A stretch of DNA of 64,000 bases, from contig MU057801.1 of the NCBI GenBank assembly GCA_013265495.1, positions 620,001 to 684,000 on the forward strand, written 5' to 3'. Positions 60,897 to 64,000 of the stretch are shown in pieces; the stretch's first letter is position 1; each line of letters opens with the position of its first letter. The notes under the pieces were generated by a model. It was not told the origin of the DNA, did no database searches, and saw only the letters and a list, made by a program, of their open reading frames with translations. Origin of the DNA: Vicugna vicugna (taxonomy: Eukaryota). Position numbers and translations under genes: made by a program.

Positions 60897-61639
60897 GAAA
60901 TGACTTAAATAAGAAAGCAAATAAAGAACAGAACTGTTAGCTTGCCAATGATAAAGGAATCTAAGATCTTAGAAGCAGTTTATTATTCTAAGCATTTGAT
61001 AATTGGTAGGGTTTTTGATGAGAAACAGAGATACAGGCAAATTGCTGGGTCACTCTGTTTGCATGTCCTAGAGATTAGGCTAACGTGAGTTTTAGTTTGT
61101 CCATTTATGAAGAAACTGTTCTCCTAAGGACAGAAAGTTAAATTCAGAACTGTGTTAATCCTTAAACCTTATCATGTTACAGTTTGTCCTTTTCACAGAT
61201 GACAAGATGAACTATTGAACTGAGTGTACTGATTCTCTATGTTAGGATTTCAAAGAAGAACTAAGTGTTTGGAGGAGTTAATCACAACCCAAAGTGCATC
61301 ATGTAAAATTACCCGACACAAGTTTATTAAATGGAGCTGTCCCACGCAACTCTGAGGCGGATCAGAACTAATCTCTCCAGAGGACAGACAAAAGAGGTAA
61401 TCACCCAGTTTTCTTTCTTTTCAATAAAAGTAATTAAAACTAGTTCTTGTTGAAGTAAATTCAACTTACGGAAAATTCAGTATCGCCTCCGATAGTACCA
61501 TGATAATTTCCCTTGGATAATCTATGTTGGACCCAAAGAGGCCATTTATTCCATAAATGTATTAATGATTCTCAAATAGTTGAAAGGGGTTTGCAGCTGT
61601 AATTTTAACAGCAGCGCAGAAAAAAGGAGCAGATGTAGC

Positions 61640-61820
61640 TCTGCATTTGGAGCCAAAACACTTTGGAAGCCAGTTCCCGCTCTGGTCCTTACTCTCCAGG
61701 GAGGCAACGTGGTTTCTCTGGGTCTCAGCTTCTCCGTCTATAAAACAGAGTTTTAAGACCTGAACTGCTTACCATAGGAATCAAAGAGAGTGCCTCCAAG
61801 TTCTTTGTAAACTGCAGAAT
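61640..61820. mobile_element. MIR relic
   Basis: tctctgggtctcagcttctccgtctataaaac is MIR-core-like. Confidence 0.6.
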
Positions 61821-62689
61821 TCCTTATAAATTCATAGTAGTATTATTCAAAATCATTATACATATCTACATGTCACTATATAGATAAAGAATTTTAAATA
61901 ATCTCTAAAAGAACCAAGAATTTGAGAAGCACAAATTCCTACCTACTAATCTGTAAAACTAAGCTCATGACTTTGCCAATCATTCTCTCGCTGACTTTAC
62001 GAGGCGTCTACCATCGGCAGGTGTGAACACTTAGACCAGAAATGTCCACTGTTGCTTAGGGACGACACCACAGCATTATAAAGCAATGCATTACTCATTT
62101 ACAGCTAACTGGTTTGTTTCCCTTTGTTTCTCTAGTCTTAATTAAAATGTACGTTAAACACACATGAAGATCATACTTCTCAGTCTTACTTATCTCACAG
62201 ATGAAAGATGTTATCCAACACCATTTTTATACGCAAATTTTAACGTTACTCCATCAGAAGTTCCCAAAAACATCAGGGAGTGGTTAAATTTTACACCGTA
62301 ATTAATGAAAACCAGTTTGCTTGGTTAAAAAAAGTATATTCAAGTTAGAATTTTAGTTTTTATTTCTAATTTTAAAATGCTTTTCAGCATTCTAACACCG
62401 CTTTTACTCAACACATGCTTTGTAGTTTGTCTGAATTGTTCTCGTAAAAGATGTCTGTGGACCCAGGAATACGGTGGACCAGGAAGGACGTGAGGTCAGG
62501 GTCTCCCACACTGAGCTTCCCTGTCACACAGGTGAGGGGACCGAGCCTTCAGAGGTTCACTTTCCCAGGGTCACATGATGTGTGTGTGTGCACATGTGTG
62601 CGGGTGTGTAAGTGGGCGTGTGAGCAGTTAAAACTGCAGAGCACTCCCCTATCCCCTGTTCTGTGTACTTGACTGGGATGTCCACTCAC

Positions 62690-62830
62690 TGATTCCTCCA
62701 ACAACCCTATAGTAAGGACCGCTACTATCCCCGTTCCACAAAAAGGAAACTGAAGGACAGCGATTAACTTGCTCCAGGCCACCCAGCAACTCCTCGGCAG
62801 AGCCTGGATGCCCATCAGCAAGTTCGGCTC
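62690..62830. mobile_element. MIR relic
   Basis: aacaaccctat…atccccgttccacaaaaaggaaactgaagg…ttaacttgctccaggccacccagc. Confidence 0.7.
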
Positions 62831-63538
62831 TGTAATCTATTCGTGAATTTTAGAAATACACTATGCAAGGGGGGGAAGTTACAAAAAATATAGAACATGA
62901 CAACATTTTTAAAAAGCTTAAAACAAAAATTAAATGATATATTGTTTGAGGAGACAGATATGTATGGTAAAACCATAAAGAAGGGAATGATTATCAAAAA
63001 CAAAACACTCGGGGCAGGGTCACAGGATGACAGAAGGGCCTCTTGGGAACCTTGTGGGTTTGGAAGCTGTTCTCTGTCGCTGGGCTGCAGGCTCACCACG
63101 GCTCATTTTACGACCATGGCCCATAACTCACAGATGTATCACAACTTACCCTGCATGCATCAAATATTTTATAGTAAAATTAAAGAAAACAGTAATCAAT
63201 AAGCTACTTAAATTCTTTAACTTATCCTGGATTTACAACACGTGTAAGTTGGATAAATTATGCTTTTCCAGAGTAAAGCAAATTGGGTCGTGGCTAAACG
63301 AGTCACTTCCTCCTGCATTGGACAGTGGTTGCTGGCGTGGCGGCCTCCTTGCTCTTCAGCCGCTGTCTCAGCCCCCTCTGCACACAGGGGTCTGAGAACT
63401 CACAGCTGGTTACGGACGGGGGTTGGGGCGGGCGCCCCCGGCATCGCTGTGCTAAAGACCCCTGGAGTCCCTGCACCTAGGAGACTGTGGGACCTCCCGA
63501 CTGTTAACACTGGTGCCTCTTCTCGAAGACACAGTTAC

Positions 63539-63715
63539 CTGTCAAGTTGGAAGCATCAGTGGGACTAAGCTGTAGCCAATGGCGGGCGTCGGAGTCAGTC
63601 GCAGCATCCGTGGGAGAGCTCAGTTCGGGGTCCTCCTCACAGGTCAGCCACGGGCTCAGGGCCAGCTCTGCCTCTGTGCTGTAGCTCAGGGCTGTGTCAC
63701 TGCTGACACTGTCAC
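63539..63715 (-). CDS. RALGAPA2: RALGAPA2 exon, 177 nt, phase 1-1: [59 protein letters not shown]
   Basis: Acceptor cttctccccttctgccag|GT; donor ACAG|gtaact; open frame that joins the next exon as G+AT (Asp). Confidence 0.9.
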
Positions 63716-64000
63716 CTGGCAGAAGGGGAGAAGCAGTCTGAGAGGACAGACAACGGGAAATCGGAGAATCCACCAGCCAGCACACAAGCAGCCAGACAGC
63801 AGACCCAGCCACAATCATTCAGGGGACCGGGGCTCCGAAGCTGCCCGCTGGGGCTCTTGGTAAACGGAACCAAGGTGCCGAGCGCCGGGAGCCAGCCGTC
63901 ATCACAAGCACCGCACACATCACTCCCGGGGCACTCTCTTCACGGGGTCTGCAGCCGGTGGTCCGTGTGCGCAAAAGATCGCACCAAGTCCTTAAGTTTT

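Larger units (their letters stand above)
1819..63715 (-). other. RALGAPA2: RALGAPA2 gene, partial (16 internal coding exons; both ends outside the window)
   Basis: The spliced translation (…[55 protein letters not shown]…[47 protein letters not shown]…[15 protein letters not shown]) matches recalled mammalian RALGAPA2. '[15 protein letters not shown]' fits alpha-2 rather than RALGAPA1. All 15 junctions are phase-compatible. Confidence 0.97.

Noticed and set aside
1819..63715. RALGAPA1 or a processed pseudogene as the identity
   Set aside because: Introns are present, the frame is intact, and diagnostic peptides ([35 protein letters not shown]) fit RALGAPA2.

Overview
Mammalian genomic DNA, most likely camelid, because it carries vic-1-like tRNA(Ala)-derived SINEs and cetartiodactyl-type L1 3' ends. 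The whole window lies inside one protein-coding gene on the minus strand, RALGAPA2 (Ral GTPase-activating protein catalytic subunit alpha-2). I reconstructed 16 consecutive internal coding exons (63715 down to 1819; 2,675 nt = 2 nt + 891 codons). Their phases are mutually consistent and there are no stops. They run from the central Ser/Pro-rich region into the C-terminal Rap/Ran-GAP domain; the gene's start and end lie outside the window. One intron is GC-AG. The introns hold SINEs, L1/L2/MIR relics, a MER20, two solo LTRs (one with an exact 4-bp TSD and a GAS motif), a twin-primed (5'-inverted) L1, a TSD-flanked orphan retro-insert, an 18/20-bp minisatellite and several AT-rich, motif-dense blocks that look like conserved enhancers. 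Almost all ORF-track entries are spurious. I see no convincing evidence of a wholly new biological system; the findings are regulatory or retrotransposition curiosities. Repeat family names come from recalled consensus sequences, not from a database search.
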